IMG/VR virus record: IMGVR_UViG_3300021424_000003
Coordinates: 32,001 to 96,000 of that record
DNA from: a virus
Direction: 5' to 3' (one strand)
DNA length: 64,000 nucleotides
Every line of letters starts with the position of its first letter. Positions within the stretch are counted from its first letter, which is position 1. Shown here one piece after another: positions 18,955 through 33,100 of the stretch. A program made the position numbers and the translations under genes. Under the pieces are notes generated by a model. The model did no database searches. It had not been told where the DNA came from and worked only from the letters and a program-made list of their open reading frames with translations.

Positions 18955-21057
18955 ATGGCTTGGAATTCTCCGGTAAATAAATCCCTTTCCAATGAGAGTA
19001 ATAAAGAAATAGGCCCAGGAGCACCAGTAGCCAACAATCCCGGACTTGCGGGGAGGGCATATAGGGATTCCTGGGACATTGAAAGGGCATACCGAGAAGG
19101 GATGCAGAAAGTCACGTGGGTGGCTAGATGTATCGACGCAATTGCCGGGAACCAGGCAAGACTCCCAATAATCCTCAGAAAAGATAACTCTCCAGATGGC
19201 GAGATTCTTTCAAAAAGGGCTTCTCAAAACTCCGAGTTAATGGAGATTCTCAATACAAAATCGAACATCGGAGAAAACGCCTTCATCTTCAGATACAGAC
19301 TTTCGGCACAGATACTTCTTGGAACTCGCGGTGCATTTGTGGAGAAGGTGCGAGGAAGGGACGGCGGGATAGTTGGACTGAACCTTCTTCCCGCACAGTC
19401 AACGGCGCCAATACCAGATGCAAAAAAGTTTGTTTCTGGTTATGAGGTGACAATGCCGTATGGACAAAAAGTCATACTGAAAAAAGAGGACGTAACCTGG
19501 ATTAGAAGGCCTCATCCACTCGACCCATACCTGTCCTTAACTCCCCTTGAATCAGCTGGCGTTGCTATAGAGATAGAAAATCTAGCGAAGCTCTACAACA
19601 GAAACTATCTCCTGAACGACGGCAGACCTGGCGGGCTGCTTGTTCTCCGTGGGGAAATAGATGATGACGACAAAGAAGAGCTGCGCAGCAGATTCAGGGG
19701 GAACCTATCGCGTGTTGGATATACATCCGTTATCTCTTCTGATGATGGCGTTGATTATGTAGACACATCCGCAAATCCAAGAGACGCTGCCTACATACAG
19801 ATGAGGCAGTTAACTAAGGAGGAAATTCTTGCATCATTCGGAGTTCCAGAGTCTGTTATTGGAAACGCTTCCGGTAGAACGTTTAGCAATGCTTCGGAAG
19901 AGATTCGTGTCTTTTGGATGGAGACGATGCTTCCCCATTTGGAGATTCTTTCACGGGGTCTAGACGAACTAGACGATAAGAACTACGTCGATTTCGACAC
20001 AAGCGAAGTTCCAATCCTGATGCTCTACAAGCAGGAAAGACATCGCTATTTGATGGATGAATTCCAAAACGGCCTAATCAGCAACAACGAGTACAGAATT
20101 CTTTCCGGAAGAAAAGAAACAGAGTCAGACCTTGCTGATTCGCTATTGCTCAATCCAAACCTGATTCCGATTGCCAATACTAAGAAGAAAATGGAGGATA
20201 AAGCTTCCGCGACCGTCCCTGGTGCTCCAGGTATGCCGGGGATGCCTCCGGGTATGCCGGGGATGCCCCCAGGTATGCCGGGGATGCCTCCGGGTCCAGA
20301 GCAGATGGTGCCAGGTGCCGATGGCCAACCACTTGACCCAAATACTATGGCTGGGGCAATGGCGGAAGTTACGGCGCAGGGTGGCGGGGAGTTGGCACAA
20401 GCGCCGATACCGGGTCTACCCACTCCCCCGCAGCCAGAAGCAATGCCAGCAGGAATGTCAACGGGAATGGCACCAGTTCCATCGGGAGCAGCCTCAATCG
20501 ATAATGCGGATATTCAGACCAAATCAGAGCAAGAAGTTGAGGTGCAGAGATGGGAAGAGATTCTCTATCGGAGCATAGAGAGGGTTCTTGAAAGACAGCA
20601 GCGCGTTGTTCTCGAGAAGTCGAGCGGTGCAAAGGCCAAAAAAGCACTTGTGGCCGGAACTATCGATATTCCATCAATACTTCACTCCGAGACATGGGAT
20701 AGACAATTTGAGGACGACATCAAGCCGGTCATAACAGCAATAATCAAGGAATCTCAGGCAGCATCGGGTGTGAAGATTTCTAGGAAATCCTCCAAAAATC
20801 ATTTAATTGAATCTGATGTTTCTGTTCAGGTTGAGTCTCAGATGGAGAGAATCAAGTCGATTAACTCCGAAATGACATCAGAAATAACAAATATCATGCT
20901 TGCCTCTCTTTCAGTTATCGGTGAAGAGCAGAGAGTGAGCACATTTAGGTCGAATATCGTCTCGCTGTACACCAATTTGCTTGGGAAAAGACTCCCAGAG
21001 ATTGCCGAGGACGAAACTCGTAGGGCCTGGCTATTCGGCCAACACTTAACTAGATAA
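18955..21057 (+). CDS. HK97-family portal protein with Pro/Met/Gly-rich linker and C-terminal extension
   Basis: V.RCIDAIA, G.AF, LTPLE, N.GRPGGLL, I...FGVP..VIG, NE.R; PGMPGMP linker follows. Confidence 0.92.
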   Translation: MAWNSPVNKSLSNESNKEIGPGAPVANNPGLAGRAYRDSWDIERAYREGMQKVTWVARCIDAIAGNQARLPIILRKDNSPDGEILSKRASQNSELMEILNTKSNIGENAFIFRYRLSAQILLGTRGAFVEKVRGRDGGIVGLNLLPAQSTAPIPDAKKFVSGYEVTMPYGQKVILKKEDVTWIRRPHPLDPYLSLTPLESAGVAIEIENLAKLYNRNYLLNDGRPGGLLVLRGEIDDDDKEELRSRFRGNLSRVGYTSVISSDDGVDYVDTSANPRDAAYIQMRQLTKEEILASFGVPESVIGNASGRTFSNASEEIRVFWMETMLPHLEILSRGLDELDDKNYVDFDTSEVPILMLYKQERHRYLMDEFQNGLISNNEYRILSGRKETESDLADSLLLNPNLIPIANTKKKMEDKASATVPGAPGMPGMPPGMPGMPPGMPGMPPGPEQMVPGADGQPLDPNTMAGAMAEVTAQGGGELAQAPIPGLPTPPQPEAMPAGMSTGMAPVPSGAASIDNADIQTKSEQEVEVQRWEEILYRSIERVLERQQRVVLEKSSGAKAKKALVAGTIDIPSILHSETWDRQFEDDIKPVITAIIKESQAASGVKISRKSSKNHLIESDVSVQVESQMERIKSINSEMTSEITNIMLASLSVIGEEQRVSTFRSNIVSLYTNLLGKRLPEIAEDETRRAWLFGQHLTR
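20227..20295 (+). repeat. 21-bp tandem repeat x3 (PGMPGMP) inside portal
   Basis: ccaggtatgccggggatgcct / ccgggtatgccggggatgccc / ccaggtatgccggggatgcct. Confidence 0.9.
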
Positions 21058-21082
21058 TTTTTAGTAAATAGTTTACTAAAAA
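21058..21082. promoter_or_regulatory. Perfect 11-bp inverted repeat between portal and giant gene
   Basis: tttttagtaaa-tag-tttactaaaaa. Confidence 0.45.
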
Positions 21083-21157
21083 CACTGCAAAAACACCGAA
21101 ACTTTCAATGAGCACGAGCTTTCGTCGTTTATTATCTTTCTTTGACAAAGGAGTCTC

Positions 21158-24100
21158 ATGTCAAAATCCTTCGTGAATCCTGAAATTCAGTACAAAGCTG
21201 CCACTCAGGGTGCAATAAACCTAGACGAAGCCAGGGGCATAGTCGAGTGTTTCGTGGCAGGAATTGGCAACAAGGACTCCGTTGGCGATGTTTGCGCCCC
21301 TGGGGCATTCGCCAAAAGCCTATTGCGCCGGAAACCAAGAGTTGTGTGGGGCCATAACTGGAACGACCCAATCGGCAAGGTTCTAGAAATTTACGAAGTT
21401 CCAGCAAACGACCCAAGACTTCCGAGCAAGATGAGAGCAGCGGGTATTGGTGGGCTCTACGCAAAAGTTCAATTCAACCTAATGTCAGAAAAAGGCAAGG
21501 AAGCATTTGCGAGTGTTGCATTCTTTGGCGAAGAGCAGGAATGGTCAATTGGGTATAAGACAATCAACGCAAAATTTGACCAGCAGATGCAGGCGAATGT
21601 TCTATTTGAGGTAGAGCTTTACGAGGTGAGCCCTGTTCTTCACGGTGCAAATCAATTGACTGGAACAATATCTGTTAAGTCGGATGAAAATAATGCCACC
21701 GCAGTGATGGAAAGGGCTGTTAGTTCCATCGCGAATGCCGATAGTGAAAATTCTCCGGAACTAAAAGAGGTTCTATACGCACTCAGAAATATTGCTTCCA
21801 TGATTTCCGATAACGAGAAGCATGAGTATGGAATGCCCTCAGTAATGCCTTCAGCAAATAGACAACCTATTCCATCAATGCCAAGCCCTGCTCCGTCCAC
21901 GGCGCCGAGGTCAGTAGTCAAGCCAACAAGACCATCTATCCCTGAAAACCCCATGGTAGTTGCTCTTCGCCGTGAGCTGGTCGCAAGAACTGGGTCGAAC
22001 ATAATTGTCCGCTCTGCTGGAGACAATGTTGTTGTATTTGACCGAATTATGAGCGACGGTTCGTCTTGCACGTACAGACTTGCGTATCACTATGCAGATG
22101 GTGAATTCATGTTTGGTAAGCCAGAGAAGGTCAACGCGCAGACCGTTTACACTCCCGAGACTCCTGGGGCACCAGGAGATGCATACTGGGGAGACGATTA
22201 CTCAGAAACACCAAAGTCATTGCAATCTGGTGATTTTTGGAGTGCCGGTTTTTATAGCGAGCTGACCTCGCAGCCAGACACAAGCAATGCCCTCATGGAG
22301 GTGATAGAGAGTCTTCAACATCTAATCAATGAAAAATCGGAATACGTAATACCAGTAGAGCCGGCAGAGGCTTTTGAGTTAAGGCAAATGATTGACCCAG
22401 TTCTCGAGTATTACAACGCTGACGCCAGAGTAACCGAGGAGGGGATTGTAGTTAAGTCAGCACACAATCCAGAGCTAATTGAAGCTCTTGATGTCGCGAC
22501 TAAGTCCGTGCTGGGAAAAATCCGAAGGGGCATTGGCGCTGGAAGGCGTCTTGATGCTCCAAACATTGGTGGCGGTAAAGGTCGTAGCAGAGCAGCGCGA
22601 GCAATTGGCGCAGCAACTGGCGGTGTAGCTGGAAATCTAGACCCTTCAAAAATATCTCTCAACGACCCGGACGGAGACGGGTGGGCCAGAGAGGGTTCAA
22701 GAAATCCTGTTTGGGTTGGGTTTAAAAAAGCAGTAGAAAAAATTGCGGGCAGCGTTGGCCGGAAGAAGAAGCCATCAAAAGACAAGCAAAGGGCCCGCTC
22801 TGCTGTTAATGCAGATAAACCCGGTCCGCCGAGAGTAAGGTCCGGAGCGCCGTGGGATGCTCCATTAACTCCTGCTCCGCCTCGTCCTAGCAGAGTGACG
22901 CTTACAGATGATGCTGGAGCAAGACTAAGAGAACTCGGCAAAGAAAGAGCCAGAGAGCTTGGCTTTGACAGAAACATTGACCCCGTCCTTCCAAGACCGC
23001 GCAAGAAACTTACAAACCAAGTATCCGCTGCCCCACGCCCTGGAGAGGGCAGAAGTAGGGCATCGGGCGAATCAATTGCGAATGCAATACGTCGCTCAAA
23101 GAGCGCACCAAACCCTGTCCTTGGCCAGGAAATGGCAAATGATGTAGCTAAGTTCGGCTACCCGGAAGAGATGTCAACGGATGACCTAGTGAGAACGGTC
23201 GGCAAATTTAGAGGAGAAATAGCCAAGGCTAGAGAGAATCTAGAAAAGATTCAGGCAGATAGAGACTCTGGCAAAAAAGTATCTTCTTCAGAAATCGGAA
23301 AAGCTAGACAAAGTGTCGACTCCCTCCGTCAGAGAGCGTCTGTTTACTCATCCGAAATATCAAAGCGCGACAAAATAAAAGGTTCCGACAGATTCTCTTC
23401 AGGAAAAGCCATTACCCCAGAAGACAGACGCAAAAGAAGACATGCTCCGCTGGGTACAACTGGAGAATTTGACCTTCCAGACGAAGTTGCCACAAGAAAT
23501 AAGCACGAAGAGTTTGTAGCAGAATTTAGAAAAAACAACGGATTTTGGCTGGATATCCCAAGAGAGGGAACCGTCGCTTCAATGAATACGTCGGAGGAGT
23601 GGCAGAGGGCTAGAGAAATAGCAACAAACGTCGGGATTCTTGAGTGGCAGGAAAATGAAAGAAATAGAAGGCCGAAGGGTTTTAGCGAAAAAGCGCGTTC
23701 GTCCATGGACTACCTAACATGGTTCGGTGGATATACAAAGCGCCTTGGTGACTATCTCGATAGGGAAGAGTCCAGTGAAAATGTAACCGATGACGAACTT
23801 GCTGGTGCAAGGGCGGCAGTACTAGATGCATTGGCATTCAGAATGGCAACGCCAACTGGTCCAGAAAGCCAAAATACGCTTGCGGCAATGCTCGCAGACG
23901 CCGGATTCGGTCCAAATGGAAAACACGAAAAAGCATTCGGTGGGCGCAAGAAATCCAGCGTTGTTGGATTCTCTTCTGGTCGCGGAAACAGAGTAGACAC
24001 TCGAGTGCTAGACCAACTTATGAACGATGGTAAAGAGGTCAGCGACGATGACGTGAAGGCAATACTTATGCCTAACGCCGGCATATTGATGCATCCAGAA

Positions 24101-27100
24101 TATAACGACAGAACCGGCGAGGTATCTCTTGGCTGGAAGAACGTCCTAGAATCCTCATTAGAGGACAGGAGTTTCAATAGGGGTTCCCAGAGGGCGATGA
24201 TTCGCCTTGACGATGAGGGTTATCAAAAATTTACAGAGGCACTAGAAGCAGCAAATGGAGAGCTGACCCCATCGGACGGCCTGCCATCTAGCTCAAGAAG
24301 CGTAAGGGACAGGGAATACCCATATTCATGGGGCAAGTCTCGAATGGGGGCTTTTTCATCTGGGCGCAAGTATCCACCAGAAATAGAAGACGAGCTTGTA
24401 TTCGATTCCGAACTGGGCGGCAATAGAGCAGCAGACAGAATCAATACCGAAAATGTCGACATGGAGATAGTTCCATCTTCCGATATTGGCCTTGATGGTC
24501 CAGATGATGGAGCATGGACTGTTGTCGGCATGTACAGGGGAGAAGACTATGGCTCCGTCGACTACATCTATGAACTAGATACTTTTGATTCGGTAGAAGA
24601 AGCAAGACGCTTCATAGAGACATTTGACAGATTGATAGATGAGGAAATTAGACCTGGCGACCCAGATTTCTTCCTCGATATAGATAACTACAACAAAGAC
24701 AACAAAATATCCCTGGATGATGACCTTGACTCCGCTATATCTAAGGCTGTTCAGTCAAGAAAAGATAGAGAGAACGACCCATACGACTATGGCAGTCTCC
24801 TGTCATCAGTTCTTTCCGACAGGTCATTAAACCTTTTTGGTGATGGAGAATCAAGATTCTCTTCCGGAAGAAACAAAGCAGAAAGACGCCAATCTGTCAA
24901 GAGAGTCATGGCAGAAGATATGGCCGATAGAGAGGTCAATCTAGGAATACTTTCTCGCCGCATGAAGGGTGAAACCCTGGACGAAGTAGGTAGAGCATAC
25001 GGAATAGACAGGGGAACAGTCCGCCAAATGGAGATGCGCGAGATGAAGCGTCTCAGGGATGGAGCAACACCAAGCGAAATACTTGCCTACAGAATGACAG
25101 GCCTCACACTCGACGATATGGGCAGAATGCTCGGCATGTCCCGTGAAGAGGTTAGAAGAATCGAGTCTAGAGAAATAGCACGGATGAGACTCGGCGGTCG
25201 CGACGGAAGCGACGCGATATTCGAGGGTCGTAAAGCTGGTCTAAGCCGCAATTCAATCAAAAAGCTAACTGGCATGTCTATGGATGACATAGCGACTAAG
25301 GAAAGAAAAGGATTTGAGAGGGCCGTAACACGAGAAGATGTCTCTCATCAGATATTTGACAAATACGTAACTAGATTCGGCGAAGACGAACTAACTGATG
25401 CGGAACTTGCGGAGGAGCTAGGGGTTAGCGAAAGAATTGTTTCCGAAGTTCGCGCGGGGGCAAAGAAAGACATACTCGATGCCCGTCGTGGCATGGACGA
25501 ACACTACAGCAGCCTTCCGGAGCCAACCGACGAAGAGCTTCAGGAGATGGCAGACTACTATGCAAATGATTTTGCTAGAGAGCAGGGTTTTGGCTCCTAT
25601 GCGGAGTATAAGGATTATGTTTCCAGTGTCGGCAGGGAAGACGATGGAGAGAGGCTGTCTTCTGGAGCAGGTAAGCGCGACCTTACATTTAGTCAAAAAG
25701 TTGGTCAAAGAGTATTTGAGGAAGCAGAAAAGATAGCCAAAGAAGACAATAGGGACATTTTCGACACCCTGGATTCGCTCGTCTTTGATAAGCGCATGGA
25801 TTCAACGAATCGTAGAAAAGATTTCGATGTAGCAGAGATGTATTCTCACATTAATTCCCTTCTTTTCCCAGAGGGTGCTAGAGAAAGCAGGAAGCGCAGA
25901 CTCTGGAGAAGAGAAAGACTCTCCTCTGGCAGAACCGGTAGAGGTCGGAAGAATCGGCGACAGGGCAAATCAAATCAGGGAGCATGGTCAGAAGAGGACC
26001 TTCAGAGATTCCGCGATAGAAATGTTCTACGCGCCAAAACTCGTCCCGGAAAGCGCAAGGATGGCCCATCAGCGGAAGAATTCTCTTCTGGACGCAAGAG
26101 AATAGATACGGCCGGTAGTTCAGCGCTGACTGGAGCATTCTACGATGCCGACAACAAAAGGCTTGTTGTCGGATTCAACAAGGGTGGGGTATATGCCTAT
26201 GACGGCGTAACCCCAGAAGACATAGAAGAGATGCACAATGCCGAAAGCAAAGGTGCAGCTATGGCTTCTATCAAGAAGAAGTACAAAGGCGTAAGACTTT
26301 CAGAAGCGGACGACAGCTTTAAGGCCACCAAACAGGGTGACGAATGGGTTGTAAATCCAGATAACGAAACGACTTACTCAATATCCGAAGACGGTGGAGA
26401 GTTCTTTGTTCTGAGAACTTCTGGAAGCTACGCACGCGATGGCGGCCAGTCTGGAGATGAGTACTACCATCCAGAGTCGTTTAAGAATATGGACTCCGCG
26501 ATGAAGTGGGTCGAGCAGGACTTCCTGCCATCAATAACTCCAGAACCGTGGGACGAAGATGACTACGATGTAGACAGGCTTTCATCTGGTGGGCCAGCTC
26601 GCGCCGCAGCCCAGATGCAATTTGATACTCGTAGAAGTAGAAAAGCGACAGAAATGACATACGACCCGCAAGACGGTCGTGTTGGAATAACTTATAACGA
26701 TGGAAAGCAGAGATTCTTCTCCGAGGTGCCTTACGAGGTTGCTAGGGCGGCAGGCAATCCATCAAAAGATATAGACAACTTCATTGATGACCTAGAGCGC
26801 GGGAAAGTGGGCAAGGAGGGCGGAAGATTTAGTTCCGGTGCAAGCTCGGTGCCTCGCACTGACTTTGATTACTCCTATCAGAAGTTCCCACCGACAGAAG
26901 AGCAGGCAGTCATTGCGGATGCGGTGGCGACTGGCGAGAACGTAATTGTAAGAGCATTCGCCGGCACTGGCAAAACTTCTACTCTTGTAATGATTGCTGA
27001 GAGACTGAAGCGTCAGGACCCAAAGAAGAAAATCGTCTACATGGCGTTCAACAAGGACATCCAGCTTGAGGCTGAGGGAAAGTTCCCTGGTAATACAGAG

Positions 27101-30100
27101 TCACGAACAGGCGACTCCATATCGTGGAACTGGGTCAAGCAGACAATGGGCGAAGCCTTCACGGACAGAATGAAGGGCAACCCACCAGAAAGAGTGAAGT
27201 CAAAGGGAACAAGAAACAAGGATATATCTATTCATTTCAAGATTAAACAAATGGAGCATCCGGACGGGCTAAAAGATGAGAAAACCGGAAACCCCATAGT
27301 CCTTGATGCTGTTGATGTTACAAAGCTTGTAAGAGAAGCGGTTAAAGAATTCCTTATTTCGGAAGACGATGAGATAGGCACACAGCACTTTAAGAAAATA
27401 CAGAATGTTCCACCAGCTCTTTTGGGACATGCCAAAGCTATATGGGATGACATGAACGACCCTGATGGCGTGATGAAATTGGATAACTCCGTATTCACCA
27501 AGATGTGGGCACTATCTAGGCCTCAGCTCAGTGACGGTGTCGGTCTATTCAAAGGAAAGCCATCAGTAATATTCTTTGACGAAGCTCAGGACATAAACCC
27601 AGTAATGGCAAAAGTCATGCGGGAACAGAACATCCAAGTTATATTTGTTGGAGATAGTTACCAGGCTATTTACGGATTCCGTGGAGCATCGGACAGTCTC
27701 GAGAAAGCGGAAGCCACATATGACTTGCCTCTCACTGGGTCATGGAGATTCGACAGCAAGATAGCTGGATACGCAAACAGATTCCTAGCGTACATGGGTT
27801 CAAAAGATAGAATTCGTGGCGTAGGAAAGCCGGGTGATGGTGTTGTTGAACCAGAGTCGATGGTTGACCCAGATGCAATTCTGACAAGAAGTAACGGTGG
27901 GGCGCTACGTGCAGTTGTTGAGCAAATAAAAAACGGAAGAATCGTAGGGACTTCGGAAAACTTCAAGAAAGACCTAACGAAATTCGCATGGCACGCAATA
28001 AGTCTCAAGGCCGATAAGCCAGTAAAAAATCCACATCCAGAACTAGAGGAATTCTCTTCATGGCAGGAGGTTACAGATGCAGCCAACGCCGAGGATGCAA
28101 GCCCTCGACTAAGAATGCTTGTACAGCTATTCAATGACACACCAAACATTATCGAGATACTGGACCAAGTCGTTGTCGGTGGCAAGCTCAGGGGGGAATC
28201 TGGTGGAGGCTCCGGCAAGAGGATTCTTCCTAGCGAAGTAACAGATGGCTTTGAGATGTCCATAGACCCAAGCAGTCTGGGTAAATGGGCAGGAGACAAA
28301 AAGACATCCGTTTTGTACAAAAATGGAAAACTGTTCTTTCAGTTGCCATACACAGCAAAAGGCTCATCTGGTGATGACAGCAAAAAGAGCTGGATTAAAG
28401 AAAACTTAGGAAAAATCAATCGCTTTGAGTATGGCAAGCCAGAAGAGACTGGCGGCAAGTTTGCAGTATTCGTAGACGCAACACCAGAACAGGCTGCAAA
28501 ACTTCTCTCCGGAATAACATCGGGTGATGCTCAGGAAGTAGACGTCATGGTAATGACGGCACACAGGTCAAAGGGTCTTGAGTTCGGAAAAGTTCAGCTT
28601 TACGGAGACTTCCCAAGACCAAGAAAGAACAAGAATACCGGTGAGATGGAGTACCCAGCTCCGGAAGAGCAAAGACTTCAGTACGTTGCATCAACTAGGG
28701 CCATACGCGAACTAGACCCAGGCCCAACTTCATGGATATATAACGAAACATCTGAAGATGACGAAAGCCCAGGCGTACCTAGTGGTTTCTCGTCTGGCGC
28801 AAAAGGTAACCCAATGCCGAGCGCCATTGGTAAGGACATGGTTCTAGAAGACGGCGGCACATACGAAGACAACATGTTTAGGGGCACGTACGTTGCCGAC
28901 TTTAATGGCGGGAAGATGGTAATCCAGCCGGCAGGCAGGGATTCGTGGGCTGTTTACAGGGCAGACTTTATGGGCGGCGAAGATGGGCCTTCTTACAACT
29001 TCAGCTATGGTCCACCAACGGACGAGTCTGAGTTCAGTTCACTCGCAGACGCATACGAGCATGTTCTCAATTATGTAAAAGACAACGACATAACGCTTGA
29101 CCAGATGGATGGAAGTCGCCGCTCAAAGGGGAGTGAGTCCTTCTCGGTGGCAAAAATCGGAAACTCCGGTTCTGGAATATCTGAAAGATTTAGCTCAGGT
29201 CGCAAGAATGCCGATAAAAGATTAAAGGCAGCTAGAAAATTTTCAAGGGGGGGAGATGCCGATGATGATGGTCGTCTGTCTTCTGGAAAGAGAGATTCTG
29301 ACGAAGGGTTCGCATCGGGCCGAATACTGTCTCGACTTCGCGGCCGAGAAGAAACCACTCAGAAAGAAGCAGATGAACTCTATAAATGGGCGGCGGAAGC
29401 AAGCAAGAAGCGTCCCGACGACGAATACTTGAGTCGCGTTGTTGGTAAGGGCTCAGAATACGGAGAAGGTCTAGACGAAAAAGACTTCGAATACATACGC
29501 CAACAACAGCTCATTGATTTTATAGTCGATAACGACCTGCACCTACGCGACCCGGAAGGAGCTGGTCGAATATTAGATATATGGACCGGTGAAAGCCGGG
29601 GAAGAATTAAAGATAAAGACTGGGAGGCCCTGTCGGAACTCCGATACCGGCGCCAACAGAGAGAGGACGACGCATTTAATCGTGAAGCATTAAAGGACGT
29701 TGCCGAATCGCAAGGCATGCCACGTGACGACCAGCAAAAACTTGCCATTTTTGCGTGGGCGGCTTCTCGATTTGGGAAATATCCACTGGTAGAAGACGTC
29801 GTGAGAGGTGGGAGAACAAACATCCCAAACAGCCTCGACGACAGAGAATGGAAATTTCTTAAAACCGAATGGCTCAACAGCGACGCTCCAGACCCACAAC
29901 CACTCAACACTAGAATGACCAATGGTGACATGGGCCCAGATAGGTATCTAGAACAAGACTATCTAGCGTACATGCGCGAGAGCGGTATGACCGGCTTGCT
30001 GGAAAAGTACCAGACGCGAGGTGGACTGACCGGCAAAGATTGGGCTTATGTAAAGAAGTTACACGACGACCTTGGCCCAAGGGGATGGCGAAATCCAAAG

Positions 30101-33100
30101 AGTGCCTCATACAGGGGAATAACTAGAAAAGAAAGAAGGGAAATTGACAAAAAAACTGGACGCCTGAGTGATTGGGATGTTCTGACCGAGGCACAAAGAG
30201 CTTCACTAGAGAAGCGCAAGGAAAAATTCAACCTTACAGAATCAATGGCCAACGCGCTTTCTTCAGGCCGTACCACCCCGAATAAGCCCAAACAGGATGA
30301 TGGTCGTTTGTCTTCTGGCGGTGACCCTACTCCTGAACAGATTGAAGCGGAAGACAGAGAAAATAGGGCTGACTTCTACAAGAACAGCTCTGGTCTTTAT
30401 GAAAATGAACTTGCCGAATGGCTGGATGCAAATCCAAGCAAGACAGAAAAAGACTATGAGTCAAGCCCTGAATTTGCAGAGAGACTTGACGATATGGACA
30501 GCATCATGGGCGATTTCGCCGATGCTGAGGCAGAACGTCGTCTAGATGATTATGCAAATCGCATGTCGTCCGGGGGAAAGCCACCCCGTTATCCACGACC
30601 CCCCACGCTCGGAGCGTTTCTCGGTTCTACGGATGACTTATTCAAAAATGTAGATTCATGGGAAGATTTCAGGAATATATACAACGACCAAGAAATCATA
30701 TTTTTTGATTACGAAACTACCGGTTTAGTATTTGATGAATTCGGCAGAGCGACTAGCAACGGAGCACCAGTTCAGTTTGGTGCAGTAAAAATTAAAAACG
30801 GCAAAGAAATAGGCCGAATAAACCTATTCATGAACCCCGGCGAGTCGCTCGGAGAATGGTCGCGAAACAATCTCAAAGACATAGACGGAAATCCACTAAC
30901 AGATGACTGGCTTGGTGGACAGATTTCCGTTGAAGATGCTCACAAACAGCTAATCGAGTTCGCTGGGGCTGATGCAATATTCGGAGTTCAAAATGCAACG
31001 TTTGATAAAGCTGTTTTGGACGATGTGTTATCAAAAATGAAATCGGACTGGAGGCCGTCAGGCTACATAGATACACGAGAGCTCGCAAGCCTTGTGCTCC
31101 CCAGATGGACACCAGAAACAGAAGATGGGCCATTTCAGACAAACAAAGATGGTGAAAAGGTCCCTTCCTCAAGTCTTGCCGCAATTACTGAATATCTTGA
31201 CGTTGAGCTTGGAGATGGCCACCACAACGCAGATGTTGATGCTTTCGCAGCAAGCGAAGTAATGAGAAAAATGATTGATGGGGCAATCGAAAATGATTGG
31301 TCGCGAGATGCCCTATCAAAAGAAAAACGTGATTCTCGTCATGCGGAAACGATTGCAAAATTTGAAGAGAGCGTTCGGCAATTTGAGTCAGAATTAAGCC
31401 AGTATGGTCTATCTTCTGGGCGCCGCCAGCGGCCATCTGATGAGGAGATTTATAACCTCAGAATGTCTGGCCCAACCCTAGAGGAAGTCGGGGAGAAGTA
31501 TGGAATGACGCGCCAAGAAGTGCGCGCTGCAGAAATGCGCCATATCAGGAAAATGCGTGATGCCGACTTTGAGGCAACTGGGGCACAGACATCTAGAAGA
31601 GAGCGTCGTCTATCTTCTGGAGGGAGACCCACACGCGCCGGTTCAGCAAAACAAAGAGGGAAAGTAGTCCTCACAAGCCAAGAACCAGGCGGTAAGTGGA
31701 CTGACGTACCAGAAAACCAACTAAGTCGAAAAGACGATTTCTTTGACAATGAAACAGCTTCAAGAATATTGGATAACCCACTAGAGAATTACAACGACCA
31801 AACCGGCTGGCCAGTAGCTGCTAGGGATTTCTTCCAAAGCCTAGTTTTGCAGCAAGAAGGAAGAGACATTCCTGTAATGGATGAAGATGGAAGGTTCACG
31901 CCTGAAGGACGCAACCAAGTCAAGAAGATGCTTTTCGGCTCTAATGAAGCAAGGGAAAAATTCCTAGACCAAATAGAGTCAGGCGATGTATCTCATATGC
32001 AGGCCGTTGCGGCTATCACAATTCTCGAAAAGCTTGGCGACGATAATACAAAACTGGGCCCAAGGGGTGCTTCAGACCACATGTTGGAAACATTTGGGTT
32101 TAAGTCTGCACCAGTCTGGGTTTCTGGCCTGGATTCAAGAGACCCCGACTACGACCTTATAAGAGGAGAGGTCAACTGGACTCCGTTGTCCGAAGAGCAG
32201 TGGCTTGATGAGGTCAAGCAGGCGTATGTTGATAACAAAAACATAACCAACTATGTTGGAAATAGAAGAGATTGGGTTACAAAGAATAAGGGCAAGTCTG
32301 AAAAAGACTACGAATCAAGTCCTGAATTCATCGCAGACGCTAAGCGCGCATACTTGGAGAACAAGAACACCATTGGTCCTGCAGAAGTCTACTCTCACCC
32401 ATTCACACATTTCTATGGGATGCGTGAAGAGCAAAAAGATACAGTCAAGAAGAATTGGCTTTCCCAGAACCCTGGCAAAACAGACGCTGATTACGACAAA
32501 GCAATGTCGTGGGACGGAGAGGGTGACCCTGACAAGTCAACGGAAGCTGGAAGTTGGGGATTTGGAGACCCACGCAGTCTTGGTGGGAAACCATCTACAC
32601 AGGCAGATGGTGCTTCTAGTAAGAGGCCGACTTCAGCACGGGGTACGACTAAGAGGCCGACTTCAGCACGGGGTACGACTACTTCTTCATTGCCGCCGGA
32701 AACGACACAGAAGCTATTCCAAGCCATAAAGCTCGATACGATTCTGTCGGCGCTTGGTATAAAAGACGATGTTACCAGAGAAGAACAAAGAAAGAAGCTT
32801 TCTGAACTTATTGGATTTACGATAACGGAGGACTCATTCAAGGGCTACAAGCGCACGGGTCCGAGGCCAAGAATTATTCTGGAACTTCTACGCAGGGGTC
32901 ACATTAAGGACCTAGATTCGCTACGCGAAGCCGACAGGACAGATGCAAACCTGGGGAACCTTGTCAATCAAGCAAGAGACTCAGTTTTCATTGCTACCGC
33001 ATACGGAAGACTGCGTGAAGCAGCAAGAGGTGCTGGTTTGTCTGAGGATTCATTTGGAGCAAGGCTTTGGGGGAGACTCGGGAAAGAATACGAAGACCAT

